Position numbers and translations under genes: made by a program. A DNA stretch of 64,000 bases from Patescibacteria group bacterium (GTDB lineage Bacteria; Patescibacteriota; Patescibacteriia; Patescibacteriales; UBA12465). The notes below the pieces were generated by a model. That model saw only the letters and a program-made list of their open reading frames with translations. It did not search any database and was not told the origin of the DNA. The stretch is from contig JBAZJV010000004.1 in NCBI GenBank assembly GCA_041651095.1, positions 7,735 to 71,734 of the forward strand, written 5' to 3'. Below, piece by piece: positions 39,405 to 50,099 of this stretch. Position 1 is the stretch's first letter. Each line of letters opens with the position of its first letter.

Positions 39405-40676
39405 CTATAAACCGTCGTATTCCCGCATAGTCAGCTGTGACTCAATCTGTTTGACCGTCTCAATGACTACGGCCACGACGATGAGCAGGCTGGTGCCGCC
39501 TACCGACAAAGCGTCAATACCCGTGAAATAACGCATCACTAGCGGTAAGACGGCGATCAGGCCCAAAAATAAAGCGCCGACCAAAGTGATCCGATGAGTC
39601 GTCGAAGCCAGGTAATCGCTGGTTGTCTTGCCGGGTCGGATACCCGGGATGAAACCGCCTTGTTTCTGGAGATTTTCCGCCACCTGAGTCGGATGGAAAA
39701 TCACTTCGGTATAAAAGTAAGTGAAGGCGAAGACCAGGATGAAGTAAACGACGCCATAGAACAGCTGGTTATTGAACAGGACAATAGTGCTCTCGGCCGC
39801 TCCAGCGATCCAGGCGGTCTTGGCGTGAATCAGGAACTGGGCGATCATCGACGGGAACAAGACTACGGAAATGGCAAAAATGATCGGAATGACGCCGGCC
39901 ATATTGACCCGCAAGGGCAAATGCGTGCTGGTACCGCCGAAAGTCCGGTTGCCGCGAACCTGGCGAGCGTACTGCACCGGAATATTGCGCTGCCCTTCGT
40001 TGATGATAACGACGCCCACGACCGTGATCAGGCCGATCGCCACGAAACCGATCAGCATGAAAAGCTGGGTCTGATCAAAAGTGACGAACAGGCGCTGGAT
40101 AGTCGTCGGCAGCGAGGCGACGATGCCGGCGAAGATGAGCAGCGAAATGCCGTTACCGACCTTCTTCTCGGTAATGAGCTCGCCCAGCCACATCAGGAAA
40201 ATGGAGCCGGCCGTAATCGTTATCAGCATGACGCCGAAATCAAAGGGCGAAATTTCGCCCAGGATGCCGGCTGATCCCCGGCGCAAGAGGGTGATCATGC
40301 CGTAGGCCTGGAATAAGGCCAGCGGCACGGTCAACCACCGGGTCCATGAATTTATCTTTTGGCGGCCGGCTTCCTCCTTCTGCATTTCTTCGATGCTCGG
40401 CACGATCATGCCCAGGAGCTGGAAGATGATAGACGAGGTGATATAAGGAGCGACGCCCATCATGACTAAAGAAAAATTTTCCATGCCGCCGCCGGAAAAC
40501 AGGTTCAACAAACCAAGAATCTGGTTGGAAGCGAACAGATTTTTCAAAGCCACGGTATTGACTCCCGGCACCGGAATATGGGCGACCAGGCGAAAAATTA
40601 CCAGCATCACCAAGACGAAGAGGATATTGTTCCGCAAATCTTTGGCTTTCCAGATTTGTTCTAATTTATCGAACAT
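39405..40676 (-). CDS. secY: preprotein translocase SecY
   Basis: GVAPYITSSII, GNGISLLIF, FIPGIRPG. Confidence 0.98.
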   Translation of the reverse strand: MFDKLEQIWKAKDLRNNILFVLVMLVIFRLVAHIPVPGVNTVALKNLFASNQILGLLNLFSGGGMENFSLVMMGVAPYITSSIIFQLLGMIVPSIEEMQKEEAGRQKINSWTRWLTVPLALFQAYGMITLLRRGSAGILGEISPFDFGVMLITITAGSIFLMWLGELITEKKVGNGISLLIFAGIVASLPTTIQRLFVTFDQTQLFMLIGFVAIGLITVVGVVIINEGQRNIPVQYARQVRGNRTFGGTSTHLPLRVNMAGVIPIIFAISVVLFPSMIAQFLIHAKTAWIAGAAESTIVLFNNQLFYGVVYFILVFAFTYFYTEVIFHPTQVAENLQKQGGFIPGIRPGKTTSDYLASTTHRITLVGALFLGLIAVLPLVMRYFTGIDALSVGGTSLLIVVAVVIETVKQIESQLTMREYDGL

Positions 40677-40698
40677 AGGGTTGGCTTAATAGCGAGGA

Positions 40699-41112
40699 TT
40701 ATTTTAATTGTTCAGTCAGGCCGGCGCTCATCTTTATCTTCTCAAATTTGACCTTGACCGTCAATTTCTCCTTGCCCAGGATCTTGACCGGGCGCGCCAA
40801 GGAAGAAATCAATTTCTTGGCCAGGAGCGAAGCCGGGCTGACTATTTCCTCATCCTTGAAATTATGATTGATCGCCCGGACCGACACGACTTGGTTCTTC
40901 GGGCTGAGGGATTTGAAGCCGCGGGCCTTGGGAATCTGCAATAATTGCTTTTTCAGGCCCAGCCGCTTCAAGCCGGAGACGCCGGAACGGGACTTCTGCC
41001 CTTTCAAGCCGCGCGTGCTGTAAGTACCGTGGCCGGAAGCGTTGCCGCGGCCGACGCGTTTATTCGCCTTAGCGCGGCCTTTGGCCCGGGTGATGGAATT
41101 AAGTGATAACAT
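40699..41112 (-). CDS. rplO: 50S ribosomal protein L15
   Basis: RVGRGNASG...GQKSRSG; spc operon position. Confidence 0.95.
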   Translation of the reverse strand: MLSLNSITRAKGRAKANKRVGRGNASGHGTYSTRGLKGQKSRSGVSGLKRLGLKKQLLQIPKARGFKSLSPKNQVVSVRAINHNFKDEEIVSPASLLAKKLISSLARPVKILGKEKLTVKVKFEKIKMSAGLTEQLK

Positions 41113-41116
41113 ATTT

Positions 41117-41773
41117 TTATTTTTCCTGGTTAACTTCTTTACTAGCTTCTTTCTTCGCCTCCTTGGCCCCGTCCTTCCCTTCTACCCGCCGCAACTGCTG
41201 CAAGGCCTCGATGGTGCAACGGGCGTTATTGATCTTATTCTTGGAACCCAGGGTCTTGCTGGTCACGTTCTTGACGCCGGCCAGTTCCAAGATCGCCCGG
41301 GTCACGCCGCCGGCGATAACGCCGCGGCCCTGCTTGGCCGGTTTCAGAATCAGACGCGCCGCGCCCATTTTATGGCTCAAGGCGTGCGGGATGGTCTCGT
41401 TGACCATGGGCACGTTGATCATAGTCTTCTTCGCTCGATTAACGGCCTTATTGACCGCCATGGTCACATCCGCGCCCTTGCCTAAGCCGACGCCGACATT
41501 GCCCTTCTGGTCGCCGATAGCGACGCAGGCCCGGAAATTCATCCGTTTGCCGCCGGCCATGACGCGCGTCACTCTGGCGACTTCCAGAATCCGCTGTTCG
41601 ATATCGTCTTTCGGGCGCTCGCCGCGAGCTTGGCCCCGGCCGCCGCGCCCCCGGCCGCCTTCCCGGCCGCCGCGCTTGGGCGTGTTGCCGTAAACGTCCT
41701 GGGCCGCGGTCTTGGCCGCTCCCTGGGAAACGGCTGCCGCCTTATCTGCGCTGGTTACTTTTTTGTCTTCCAT
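41117..41773 (-). CDS. rpsE: 30S ribosomal protein S5
   Basis: RVTRVMAGGKR, GVIAGG. Confidence 0.96.
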   Translation of the reverse strand: MEDKKVTSADKAAAVSQGAAKTAAQDVYGNTPKRGGREGGRGRGGRGQARGERPKDDIEQRILEVARVTRVMAGGKRMNFRACVAIGDQKGNVGVGLGKGADVTMAVNKAVNRAKKTMINVPMVNETIPHALSHKMGAARLILKPAKQGRGVIAGGVTRAILELAGVKNVTSKTLGSKNKINNARCTIEALQQLRRVEGKDGAKEAKKEASKEVNQEK

Positions 41774-41806
41774 ATGATATTTGCTATTTTACCAAAAGCC
41801 GCTTAA

Positions 41807-42160
41807 TTAAAACTCCAGGCCGCCGGACCGGGCGCCTTCCGCCGCGGCCTTGACCCGGCCGTGATATTTATAAAATCCGCGATCGAATACCGCCTTGGTG
41901 ATCTTTTTCTCGGCCGCTTTCCGGGCGAGCAGCTGGCCCAACTCCTGGCTTTTAGCCGTCGGTTTGCCGTCCGCCTTGACTTCTTTCAAAGAAGCGCTGG
42001 CCAGGGTCCGGCCGGTCGTATCGTCGATAAGCTGCAGGAATAAGCCGGAATTGGAACGATAAACGCTCAGGCGGGGTCGCTCTGCCGTGCCGGCGATCTT
42101 GGCGCGCACCCGGCCGTGGCGTCTTGCTTGCTGCCGATTTTTGGCTGTTATTTTATCCAT
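41807..42160 (-). CDS. rplR: 50S ribosomal protein L18
   Basis: RPRLSVYRS, FDRG..YHGRV. Confidence 0.97.
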   Translation of the reverse strand: MDKITAKNRQQARRHGRVRAKIAGTAERPRLSVYRSNSGLFLQLIDDTTGRTLASASLKEVKADGKPTAKSQELGQLLARKAAEKKITKAVFDRGFYKYHGRVKAAAEGARSGGLEF

Positions 42161-42180
42161 ATGATTACGCTGATAAACTA

Positions 42181-42726
42181 TTACTTAGTCTTGGCCGCGG
42201 CTTTGCCGGCCTTGCGGCGGATAATCTCTTCGGCGTATTTGACGCCCTTGCCCTTGTACGGCTCCGGCTTGCGGATCTTCCTGATCTGCGCGGCGGTTTC
42301 GCCCAGGAGCTCCTTATCGGCGCTTTCCAGGGTAATGACATTGGCGGCCACGCTGGCCGTCACCCCTTTGGGCAGCGAAAAATCGACCGGATGGGAAAAA
42401 CCGAGGTTCATATTCAACTTGCTGCCGGCGACCGCCGCCCGGTAACCGACGCCGTTGATTTCCAGTTTGCGGGTAAAGCCGGTGCTGACGCCGACGACGG
42501 CGTTGCGGATCAGGCTCCACATCAGCCCCCAGACCGCGCTCGCCTCCTTGGCGGCCTTATCGCGCGGGCTCACCATGATTTCGTTATTTTCTATTCTGAC
42601 TTCCACTAACGGGTGGAGCGGCAGGCGCAGTTCGCCCTTCGGGCCCTTGAAGACCATTTCCGTTTCCCCGACGGTGGCTTGGGCGGGCGGGACTAATTTG
42701 ATTGGCAGTTTTCCTAGACGTGACAT
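42181..42726 (-). CDS. rplF: 50S ribosomal protein L6
   Basis: MSRLGK, PEPYKGKGV. Confidence 0.97.
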   Translation of the reverse strand: MSRLGKLPIKLVPPAQATVGETEMVFKGPKGELRLPLHPLVEVRIENNEIMVSPRDKAAKEASAVWGLMWSLIRNAVVGVSTGFTRKLEINGVGYRAAVAGSKLNMNLGFSHPVDFSLPKGVTASVAANVITLESADKELLGETAAQIRKIRKPEPYKGKGVKYAEEIIRRKAGKAAAKTK

Positions 42727-42750
42727 ATATGATGATGCTTAAAAGGTGAT

Positions 42751-43161
42751 TTAGAATATCTCGCCGAGCACTTCGCCGCCGATGTGTTGCTTCTTCGCTT
42801 CCTTATTGGTCATCAGCCCTTTGGAAGTAGACAGGATGGCGATCCCGAAATTATGCAAAACCGTCGGGATCTCGTCCTTGCCGACATAAATCTTCAGGCC
42901 CGGCCGGCTCACCCGCTTGATCTCGGAGATCTGCGGTTTGCCGTTCTTCCGGTATTTCAGCTGGATTTGCAGTTCGTCAAAGCTGCTGTGCCGCCCTTTC
43001 AGGCCGCCGGTTTTGATCGAGACGGATTTGACCCAGCCCTCCTGCTCCAAAATCTTGGCGATTTCGTATTTCAATTTGCTGAGCGGCAAAACGACCTCCG
43101 TCTTCCTGACGACGGAAGCGTTTCTAATCCTGGTAAACATGTCTGCGATGGGATCCATCAT
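42751..43161 (-). CDS. rpsH: 30S ribosomal protein S8
   Basis: DPIADMFTRIRNA, STSKGLM. Confidence 0.97.
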   Translation of the reverse strand: MMDPIADMFTRIRNASVVRKTEVVLPLSKLKYEIAKILEQEGWVKSVSIKTGGLKGRHSSFDELQIQLKYRKNGKPQISEIKRVSRPGLKIYVGKDEIPTVLHNFGIAILSTSKGLMTNKEAKKQHIGGEVLGEIF

Positions 43162-43188
43162 ATTTTTCTTGGTTGCTTAATTATATCT

Positions 43189-43374
43189 CTACCAGCTGGA
43201 CTTCCGGATGCCCGGCAAATCGCCGTTGTCGGCGAGTTCGCGGAAGCAGATCCGACACAGCTTGAAATCACGCAGATAGCCGTGATTGCGGCCGCACCGC
43301 CAGCACCGGTGGATGGTCCGGGTGGAAAATTTCGGTTTTCTTGACGCTTTGACGATTAAAGCAGTTCTAGCCAT
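43189..43374 (-). CDS. rpsN: 30S ribosomal protein S14 (zinc type)
   Basis: CWRCG...LCRICFR...PGIRKSSW. Confidence 0.97.
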   Translation of the reverse strand: MARTALIVKASRKPKFSTRTIHRCWRCGRNHGYLRDFKLCRICFRELADNGDLPGIRKSSW

Positions 43375-43383
43375 ATATTTAAA

Positions 43384-43929
43384 TTATTTGCTGTCTTTTT
43401 TAAACGGGAAGCCTAAGGCGCGAAAGAGCTCCAATCCTCTTTCCCGGTCGCCGGCGTTAGTGGACAGACAGACTTCCAGGCCGTAATTATTGTCCGCTTC
43501 TTCCATCCGGATTTCCGGAAAAGCCGTATAGTCCTTGAAGCCGACCGTCAGGTTGCCGGTGCGATCAACCGATTTCTCGCTTAAGCCGCGAAAATCGCGA
43601 ACCCGCGGGAAAGTGATATTGACCAGCTTATCGGTAAAATCATACATCCGCTGGCCGCGCAAGGTCACTTTAGCGCCGATGACCAGGCCTTCCCGGATCT
43701 TGAAGGCGGAAATCGATTGCTTGGCTTTGGTAAAAACCGGTTTCTGGCCGCTGATCTGCGCCAGGCCTTTTTCCACGCTGGCCAGGAATTCCTTCTCTTT
43801 CGGACGGCTGCCGAAACCGACGTTAATCACTACTTTGGTCAGCTTGGGCGCCAGCATCGCGTTCTGGAAACCGAATTTCTTTTCCAGCTGCGGGACGACC
43901 TCTTTTTTGTATTTTTCTCGTAATGTCAT
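43384..43929 (-). CDS. rplE: 50S ribosomal protein L5
   Basis: GAKVTLRG, PRVRDFRG. Confidence 0.97.
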   Translation of the reverse strand: MTLREKYKKEVVPQLEKKFGFQNAMLAPKLTKVVINVGFGSRPKEKEFLASVEKGLAQISGQKPVFTKAKQSISAFKIREGLVIGAKVTLRGQRMYDFTDKLVNITFPRVRDFRGLSEKSVDRTGNLTVGFKDYTAFPEIRMEEADNNYGLEVCLSTNAGDRERGLELFRALGFPFKKDSK

Positions 43930-43939
43930 ATGAGTGGCT

Positions 43940-44266
43940 TTATTCGATTACTTCCCGACATTTCCGGCAGACGCGGAATTTCTTGGCCGGCTGGCTATCG
44001 GTCTTGGGGCTCAGCTTGGCGCCGACCCGGGTCGCTTTGCCGCACTTCGGGCAGACCAGGGCCAGATTGGAAATATTGACGAAAGCCGGGAACTCGATGC
44101 GCTGTCCCTTCTCCCCTTCCTTGCGCGGCCGCAGATGCTTGATCAGCAAATTCAAGCCTTCCACGCTGGCGCGGCCTTCCCGCGGCAAAATCTGCAAAAC
44201 CTTGCCGGTCTTCCCCTTATCCTTGCCGGCTAATATTTTTACCGTGTCGTTCTTCTTGATATACAT
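43940..44266 (-). CDS. rplX: 50S ribosomal protein L24
   Basis: KOW motif GKDKGKTGKV. Confidence 0.96.
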   Translation of the reverse strand: MYIKKNDTVKILAGKDKGKTGKVLQILPREGRASVEGLNLLIKHLRPRKEGEKGQRIEFPAFVNISNLALVCPKCGKATRVGAKLSPKTDSQPAKKFRVCRKCREVIE

Positions 44267-44302
44267 ATATTATATACTCTATTTTTTCCTCGCTTCCGTC
44301 AT

Positions 44303-44677
44303 TTATAAAACTTCGGGCGCCAAAGAAGCGATCTTGACGAAACCGGCCCGACGCACTTCCCGCGCGACCGGCCCGAAAATACGGGTACCCTTCGGATCCT
44401 TCTTTTCCAGATCGACGATGATTACGCCGGCGTTATCGTCGAAACGGACATAGGAACCGTCCGGACGCCGGATTTCCTTGCGGGTCCGGACAATCACGGC
44501 TTTCACTACGTCGCCTTTCTTGACGGCCGCATGCGGCACCGCCGATTTGACGGCGGCCACGATGACGTCGCCCACCCGGCCGTAACGGCGCTTATAGCCG
44601 CCGAGCACCCGGATGCACTGCATTTCCTTGGCGCCGGAATTGTCGGCCACCTTCAAATAGGTTTGTACTTGCACCAT
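44303..44677 (-). CDS. rplN: 50S ribosomal protein L14
   Basis: [21 protein letters not shown]. Confidence 0.98.
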   Translation of the reverse strand: MVQVQTYLKVADNSGAKEMQCIRVLGGYKRRYGRVGDVIVAAVKSAVPHAAVKKGDVVKAVIVRTRKEIRRPDGSYVRFDDNAGVIIVDLEKKDPKGTRIFGPVAREVRRAGFVKIASLAPEVL

Positions 44678-44681
44678 ATGT

Positions 44682-44951
44682 TTACTTGATTACGCGCCAG
44701 CGCTTATCCCGGCTTAAAGGCCGGCATTCGATGAACGACACCTTATCTCCGACATGATACTGGTTGTTTTCGTCATGAACCTTGTATTTCCGGCTGACCG
44801 CATAGCGCTTCTGGTATTTCGGATGCTTCTTGACGGCTTCCACCTTGACGACGATGGTCTTGTCGTTCTTAGCGCTCACCACCACGCCCTGGAATTTCCG
44901 GCTGATCACCGCGGCTGGAGCAACGGATTTTTTCTCTTTGCTGCTGGCCAT
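44682..44951 (-). CDS. rpsQ: 30S ribosomal protein S17
   Basis: GVVVS..DKTIVV, ECRPLS. Confidence 0.96.
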   Translation of the reverse strand: MASSKEKKSVAPAAVISRKFQGVVVSAKNDKTIVVKVEAVKKHPKYQKRYAVSRKYKVHDENNQYHVGDKVSFIECRPLSRDKRWRVIK

Positions 44952-44952
44952 A

Positions 44953-45138
44953 TTATTTTTGCTTATTTAACAAAGTTAAGATTTGGGCGACCAAGACCCG
45001 GGCCGCCCGGATTTCCCGGACGTCCTTCAATTGTTTGTTGGCGTCTTTGAAGCGCAGCTCGCGCAATTTCTCCCGAGTCGCGGCTAATAATTTCTGCAAT
45101 TCCGGCGCGCTCTTGGCCTTTAATTCTTGTTGGTCCAT
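44953..45138 (-). CDS. rpmC: 50S ribosomal protein L29
   Basis: LRELRF...AQILT; lies between rplP and rpsQ. Confidence 0.92.
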   Translation of the reverse strand: MDQQELKAKSAPELQKLLAATREKLRELRFKDANKQLKDVREIRAARVLVAQILTLLNKQK

Positions 45139-45146
45139 ATGATTAT

Positions 45147-45554
45147 TTATTCCTTGCTGATAAATTGGCATTTCACCGGCAGCTTATGGCCGGCCAGTTC
45201 CATGGCTCGCTTCGCGGTCTCCCGGTTCAAGCCTTCCATCTCGAACATGACCGTGCCGGGCTTAACGACCGCCACGTAATGGTCCACGGCGCCCTTGCCT
45301 TTGCCCATCGGGATTTCGCCGCCGTGCATCGTCACCGGCTTATCCGGAAAAATCCTGATCCAAATCTGGCCGCCTTTCTTGACATACTGGGTCATCACCC
45401 GGCGCGCCGCTTCAATCTGGCGGGAAGTCACCCAGCAAGCGGTCAGGCTCTTCAGGCCGTAGCTGCCGAAACTGATTTCCAGATTACGGCTGGCTTGGCC
45501 GCCCCGGCGCCGCTTCTGATCCTTTCTCCATTTGGTTTTCTTTGGCATTAACAT
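45147..45554 (-). CDS. rplP: 50S ribosomal protein L16
   Basis: [20 protein letters not shown]. Confidence 0.98.
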   Translation of the reverse strand: MLMPKKTKWRKDQKRRRGGQASRNLEISFGSYGLKSLTACWVTSRQIEAARRVMTQYVKKGGQIWIRIFPDKPVTMHGGEIPMGKGKGAVDHYVAVVKPGTVMFEMEGLNRETAKRAMELAGHKLPVKCQFISKE

Positions 45555-45592
45555 ATGATTTCACAAATCTCATTTTTTTATCCGATCCGACC

Positions 45593-46273
45593 CTATTCGG
45601 CGATCACTTCGCCTTTGGCCGCTTTTTCCTTGGCAAACACTTCTCCTTTATAAATCCAGACCTTGATGCCGATGGAACCGTAAGTGGTATGGGCCGCTCC
45701 CCGGGCATAGTCAATATCGGCCCGCAAGGTCGCGAGCGGCACTTTGCCCCAGACCAGCTTCTCGGTCCGGGCGATTTCCGCGCCGTTCAAGCGGCCGGAA
45801 ATGACGATCTTGGCGCCTAAGGCCCCGGCCCGCTCGATTTTGCCCAAGGTCTGCTTCATCACTTTTCTAAACGGCATGCGCTTTTCGATATCCATGATCA
45901 TGCTCTGGACGTTGACTTGGGCGCTCAGGTTCGGCCGGCTGCATTCCTTGATGTTCAGGTTGATTTCCCCTAAACGCAGGTTTTTCAAAAATCTAACGTG
46001 CAGTTTCTTCTTCAATTCCTCGGCGCCGTTGCCGCCCCGGCCGATGATGAGGCCCGGCTTGGCGGTCGTAATGTTCACCTCGACCTTGCTTAGGCTGCGG
46101 ACGATCTCTACCTGATCAATGCCGGCTTCCTTGAATTCCTTGATCAAATATTTGCGGACGCCGATATCCTGGCGGATATTCTTGATATACTTGTCCCCCT
46201 TTTCGAACCAGACGGAAGGCCAAGTCTTGGTGATGCCCAGGCGGAGAATTTTTGGATTGACTTTTTTACCCAT
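45593..46273 (-). CDS. rpsC: 30S ribosomal protein S3
   Basis: MGKKVNP, GRLNGAEIAR, TLRADIDY. Confidence 0.98.
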   Translation of the reverse strand: MGKKVNPKILRLGITKTWPSVWFEKGDKYIKNIRQDIGVRKYLIKEFKEAGIDQVEIVRSLSKVEVNITTAKPGLIIGRGGNGAEELKKKLHVRFLKNLRLGEINLNIKECSRPNLSAQVNVQSMIMDIEKRMPFRKVMKQTLGKIERAGALGAKIVISGRLNGAEIARTEKLVWGKVPLATLRADIDYARGAAHTTYGSIGIKVWIYKGEVFAKEKAAKGEVIAE

Positions 46274-46303
46274 AGAGATGCAAAATTAGGAAATATTAAA
46301 ATA

Positions 46304-46810
46304 TTAACCGGCTTTCCGCTGGAACATCTTCCGCTTTTCCCCGGCCGCTTTCTTGCCAGCGGCTTTCGTTGCTTTGGGCGCGGCTTTGGCCATTACCTGT
46401 TCGCTTTCTTTGGCCAGTTTCTCCAGCTTGACCGGCTCGGCAACCTGGACGGCCTTCTTTTCTTTTTGGCCGCTGGCTTTGATTTCACCCAAGACCAGAG
46501 TCAAGTGGCAGCCGCGCTTGCGTATCGAAGTCGCCCGGCCGTGGGCGCGGGGCATCCAGCGCTTGAGAGTCACTCCTTCATCCGATCGGATTTCCTTGAT
46601 ATACAAATTGCCGCGTTCCAGGTTATAGGTATTTTCCGCGTTGGCCACAGCCGATTTTATCAGCTTGGCGACCGGTTGCGCCGCTAACTTGCCCATGAAG
46701 CGCAACTGGTCCAAGGCTGAGTCGACCGGCAGTTTGCGGACCACGTCGATAACCAGGCGCACTTTCTGCGACGACATCCTTAAATGTTTCAAACTGGCTT
46801 TTACTTCCAT
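46304..46810 (-). CDS. rplV: 50S ribosomal protein L22
   Basis: SAVANAE, PRAHGRA. Confidence 0.97.
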   Translation of the reverse strand: MEVKASLKHLRMSSQKVRLVIDVVRKLPVDSALDQLRFMGKLAAQPVAKLIKSAVANAENTYNLERGNLYIKEIRSDEGVTLKRWMPRAHGRATSIRKRGCHLTLVLGEIKASGQKEKKAVQVAEPVKLEKLAKESEQVMAKAAPKATKAAGKKAAGEKRKMFQRKAG

Positions 46811-46827
46811 ATGATCTTGCTTAAAAA

Positions 46828-47115
46828 TTATTTCTTATCGGCCGCCTGCGCTTTAGCCATCTTGCCACCATGGCCCGGGAACTTGCGGGTCGGCGCAAAT
46901 TCGCCCAAACGGTGCCCGACCATGTTCTCGACGATATAGACCGGCAGATGCGTCTTGCCGTTATGGACGCCCAGGGTACGGCCGACCATTTCCGGCGTTA
47001 CCGTACAGGCGCGATCCCAGACCTTGATGACCGATTTGTCGCCCGCCGGCAATTTCTGGATCTTGCTGATAAGCCGGAGGTTGACGTAAGGGCCCTTTTT
47101 TAAACTTCTGGACAT
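46828..47115 (-). CDS. rpsS: 30S ribosomal protein S19
   Basis: RSLKKGP, GHRLGEF. Confidence 0.98.
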   Translation of the reverse strand: MSRSLKKGPYVNLRLISKIQKLPAGDKSVIKVWDRACTVTPEMVGRTLGVHNGKTHLPVYIVENMVGHRLGEFAPTRKFPGHGGKMAKAQAADKK

Positions 47116-47119
47116 ATGA

Positions 47120-47956
47120 TTATTTCCTCTTAGTTCTGCGGTTAATTATTAAGCGGTCGCTGTGGCGTTTGCGTCTGGTCTTAACGCCGAGCGCCGGCTT
47201 GCCCCAGATGGTCTTCGGATGGCGCAAACCGATAGGCTGTTTGCCTTCGCCGCCGCCGTGCGGATGATCGACCGGATTCATGGCCGTGCCTCTGACCGTC
47301 GGCCGGATGCCTAAGTGGCGGCTGCGGCCAGCCTTGCCCAAGGAGACATGACGCCGGTCGGGATTGCTGGCCCGGCCGATAGTGCATAAGCATTCTTTCT
47401 TGACCTGGCGGATCTCGCCGGACGGCATCTTCAGCTGCGCATATTTACCTTCCACGCCCATGACATAGACTACGTTGCCGGCGCCGCGGGCGATCTTGGC
47501 GCCCTGGCCCGGTTCCAGCTCCACGCAGCTCACGGCCAAACCGGCCGGAATGAACTGCAGGGGTAAAGCATTCCCTTCCTTGATCTCAATAAGTTCCCGG
47601 GCGCTCATCACTTGGTCGCCGACTTTCAGATCGGCGGTCGCGATGATATATCTCTTTTCTCCGTCAGCGTAGTTCAACAAGGCCAGGCGGGCGCCGCGAT
47701 TCGGATCATATTCGATCGCCGCGACCGTCGCCGGAATATTGTATTTATCCCGCTGGAAATCGACCAGGCGGACATAGCGCTTGGCGCCGCCGCCGCGATG
47801 CCGGACCGTTATCTGGCCGCTGGCGTTGCGGCCGCCGCGCTTCTTCTTGATAACGACCAGACGCTTCTCCGGCGTGAACTTGGTCAAGTCGGAAAAAGTG
47901 TCGAAAGTCGCTTCGCGCCGGCCGGGAGTATTCGCTTTTACTTTTTTAATGCCCAT
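47120..47956 (-). CDS. rplB: 50S ribosomal protein L2
   Basis: [20 protein letters not shown]. Confidence 0.99.
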   Translation of the reverse strand: MGIKKVKANTPGRREATFDTFSDLTKFTPEKRLVVIKKKRGGRNASGQITVRHRGGGAKRYVRLVDFQRDKYNIPATVAAIEYDPNRGARLALLNYADGEKRYIIATADLKVGDQVMSARELIEIKEGNALPLQFIPAGLAVSCVELEPGQGAKIARGAGNVVYVMGVEGKYAQLKMPSGEIRQVKKECLCTIGRASNPDRRHVSLGKAGRSRHLGIRPTVRGTAMNPVDHPHGGGEGKQPIGLRHPKTIWGKPALGVKTRRKRHSDRLIINRRTKRK

Positions 47957-47978
47957 ATGATGCCTTGAAATGTATTAA

Positions 47979-48434
47979 TTAAACGCCTTCGTAAACCTTG
48001 ATCGTCTCGCCCTTGGCCAGGGTCACTACCGCGACCTTGCTGTCGCTCCGGGAACCCTGGATGCGGCCGCGCGTTACCTGCTTGCCGCGGCGATTGATAA
48101 TATTGACGCTCGTCGGCTTGACGCCGTAAAGGGCGCGGACGGCGGCGGCGATACTGATCTTGTTAGCGCCGGAAGCGACTAGGAAGGAATACTTATTATG
48201 CTCGACCTGATTAGTCGCCTTTTCCGTAATCACGGGCTGGCGCAGGACGGTCTGGAGGGACGGCTGGAACGCCGCCGGAGATTTTTGGCCGCTCTGAGCC
48301 GGGACGGACTCGCTATACAAGTCCTGCATACTGGCCGCGGCCGGCTTGGCCTTTTCCGGCTTAACGGCAGGCTTAGCAGTCGCCGTCTTAGCTTTCGCCG
48401 GCTGATCGGTTTTTTTGGAGCCGAATAAAGACAT
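47979..48434 (-). CDS. rplW: 50S ribosomal protein L23 with N-terminal extension
   Basis: PVITEKA...KVAVVTL; operon position. Confidence 0.93.
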   Translation of the reverse strand: MSLFGSKKTDQPAKAKTATAKPAVKPEKAKPAAASMQDLYSESVPAQSGQKSPAAFQPSLQTVLRQPVITEKATNQVEHNKYSFLVASGANKISIAAAVRALYGVKPTSVNIINRRGKQVTRGRIQGSRSDSKVAVVTLAKGETIKVYEGV

Positions 48435-48445
48435 ATATCTGGTGA

Positions 48446-49090
48446 TTATTTATTATAGCGATCAGTGAGCAGGTTAACGCCCGCTTCCGTCAGCAATAGA
48501 TTTTTATAATTTAAAATATCCAGCAGGTTCAGGTTCTCCAGGTTGATGACCTTGACGCCAGACAGGTTGCGGCCGGAATAACGGACCGCCTCGTTCTTGC
48601 CGGTATTGACGATCAGGATATCGCGGCGCTCGCTATTCAAAACTTTCTTTTCTAAAGCGCTCAGGATCTGATTAAAAGCCTTAGTCTTGTACTCGGATAA
48701 CTGCAGTTGGTCCAGGACCAGCAAAGCGCTGGACGCCACTTTGTCGGACAAAGCCATAAACAGCGCTTTCTGCTTCATCTTCTGATTCAGTTTCTGCTTG
48801 AAATTGCGGTCTTTGGTCGGGCCGAAAGTGACGCCGCCGCCCCGCCAGAGCGGCGAACGGCTGGAACCGGCGCGAGCGCGGCCCGTGCCTTTCTGCTTCC
48901 AGGGCTTCTTGCCGCCGCCGGAAACTTCGCTCCTGTCCTTGGTATGAGCCAAGACCTGCCGGCTATTGGCCTGGCTGGCTACGACGGCCTGATGCAATAA
49001 TTCATTATTCGGCTTGACGCCAAAAATCTTGACGGGCAGTTCCAGGTCTTTGACCGGTTCGGCGCTTTGATTATAGACTTTTATTTTCAT
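48446..49090 (-). CDS. rplD: 50S ribosomal protein L4
   Basis: KPWKQKGTGRAR. Confidence 0.98.
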   Translation of the reverse strand: MKIKVYNQSAEPVKDLELPVKIFGVKPNNELLHQAVVASQANSRQVLAHTKDRSEVSGGGKKPWKQKGTGRARAGSSRSPLWRGGGVTFGPTKDRNFKQKLNQKMKQKALFMALSDKVASSALLVLDQLQLSEYKTKAFNQILSALEKKVLNSERRDILIVNTGKNEAVRYSGRNLSGVKVINLENLNLLDILNYKNLLLTEAGVNLLTDRYNK

Positions 49091-49116
49091 ATATTTGAGA
49101 ACGGTGATATCGCGAT

Positions 49117-49893
49117 TTAATTCTTGGCGTCTTCGGCCTTGGTTTCGGCCGCTGGTTGAGCGGTCTGGGGCGCAACTTCGGCAGCCGGCGTTTCCAATTC
49201 CGGCTTAACCTCCGCTGCCGGGGCTTCCTTGGCTTCGGCGGCTTGAGCCGCTACCGGCTGAGTATTGACGACCAGATCGCCCGCTCCCTTGACCATGACA
49301 AAACCGTTAATCGCGCCCGGAATAGCGCCGGCGATAAAGAGCAGATTCTTTTCCGCATCAATCGCGGCGATCTTCAGATTGGCAACCGTCACCCGGGAAT
49401 TGCCCATGCGGCCGGCCATGCGCGTTCCTTTGAAGACGTGCGCCGGGCCTTTGGGGCCGATGGAGCCGGACATGCGTTCCTGATCTTTATTGCCGTGCGT
49501 CGCCCGGAAACCGCCGAAATTATGACGCTTGACTACGCCCTGGAAACCGCGGCCCTTGGAGGTGCCGGTCACCGCGACGACATCGCCGACCTGGAAAGTC
49601 GCGACCGAAACCTGGTCGCCGACCTTGAATTTAGACGCTTCCGGCGTCAGGAATTCCCGGACATAGGCCGCGGCCTTGAGGCCGGCTTTCTGATAATGGC
49701 CCTGTTGGGGCTTTTTGACGTTCTTGGCTTTCCGTTCGCCATAAGCCAGCTGGACCGCTTCATAACCGTCCTTAGCCTTATCCTTGACCTGAGTGATCAT
49801 GCAAGGGCCGGCTAATACCGGCGTCACGGCGACCACCCGGTCGCCGGACCAGATCTGAGTCATGCTTAATTTTTTGCCGCTGATGAATTTCAT
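49117..49893 (-). CDS. rplC: 50S ribosomal protein L3
   Basis: GYEAVQL, SKGRGFQGVVKRH; ATG 49893. Confidence 0.97.
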   Translation of the reverse strand: MKFISGKKLSMTQIWSGDRVVAVTPVLAGPCMITQVKDKAKDGYEAVQLAYGERKAKNVKKPQQGHYQKAGLKAAAYVREFLTPEASKFKVGDQVSVATFQVGDVVAVTGTSKGRGFQGVVKRHNFGGFRATHGNKDQERMSGSIGPKGPAHVFKGTRMAGRMGNSRVTVANLKIAAIDAEKNLLFIAGAIPGAINGFVMVKGAGDLVVNTQPVAAQAAEAKEAPAAEVKPELETPAAEVAPQTAQPAAETKAEDAKN

Positions 49894-50099
49894 ATGATGT
49901 TCCTTTATAAAACAAAAACTGGCTTCTTGTAACCAGCTCAAAAAAACTAAGAATAAAAAATAAATCTTACCTATTTTTTATTTGTTTTTCCGCCTGCTGA
50001 TTTACCTCCAATATTTAGCTGATTTTCGCTCAAACACTTTCTTTTGGCTCAGAGTTATTCAAGCGGCGAGCAGCTAATTTAAATTACCTGATAATGTTA

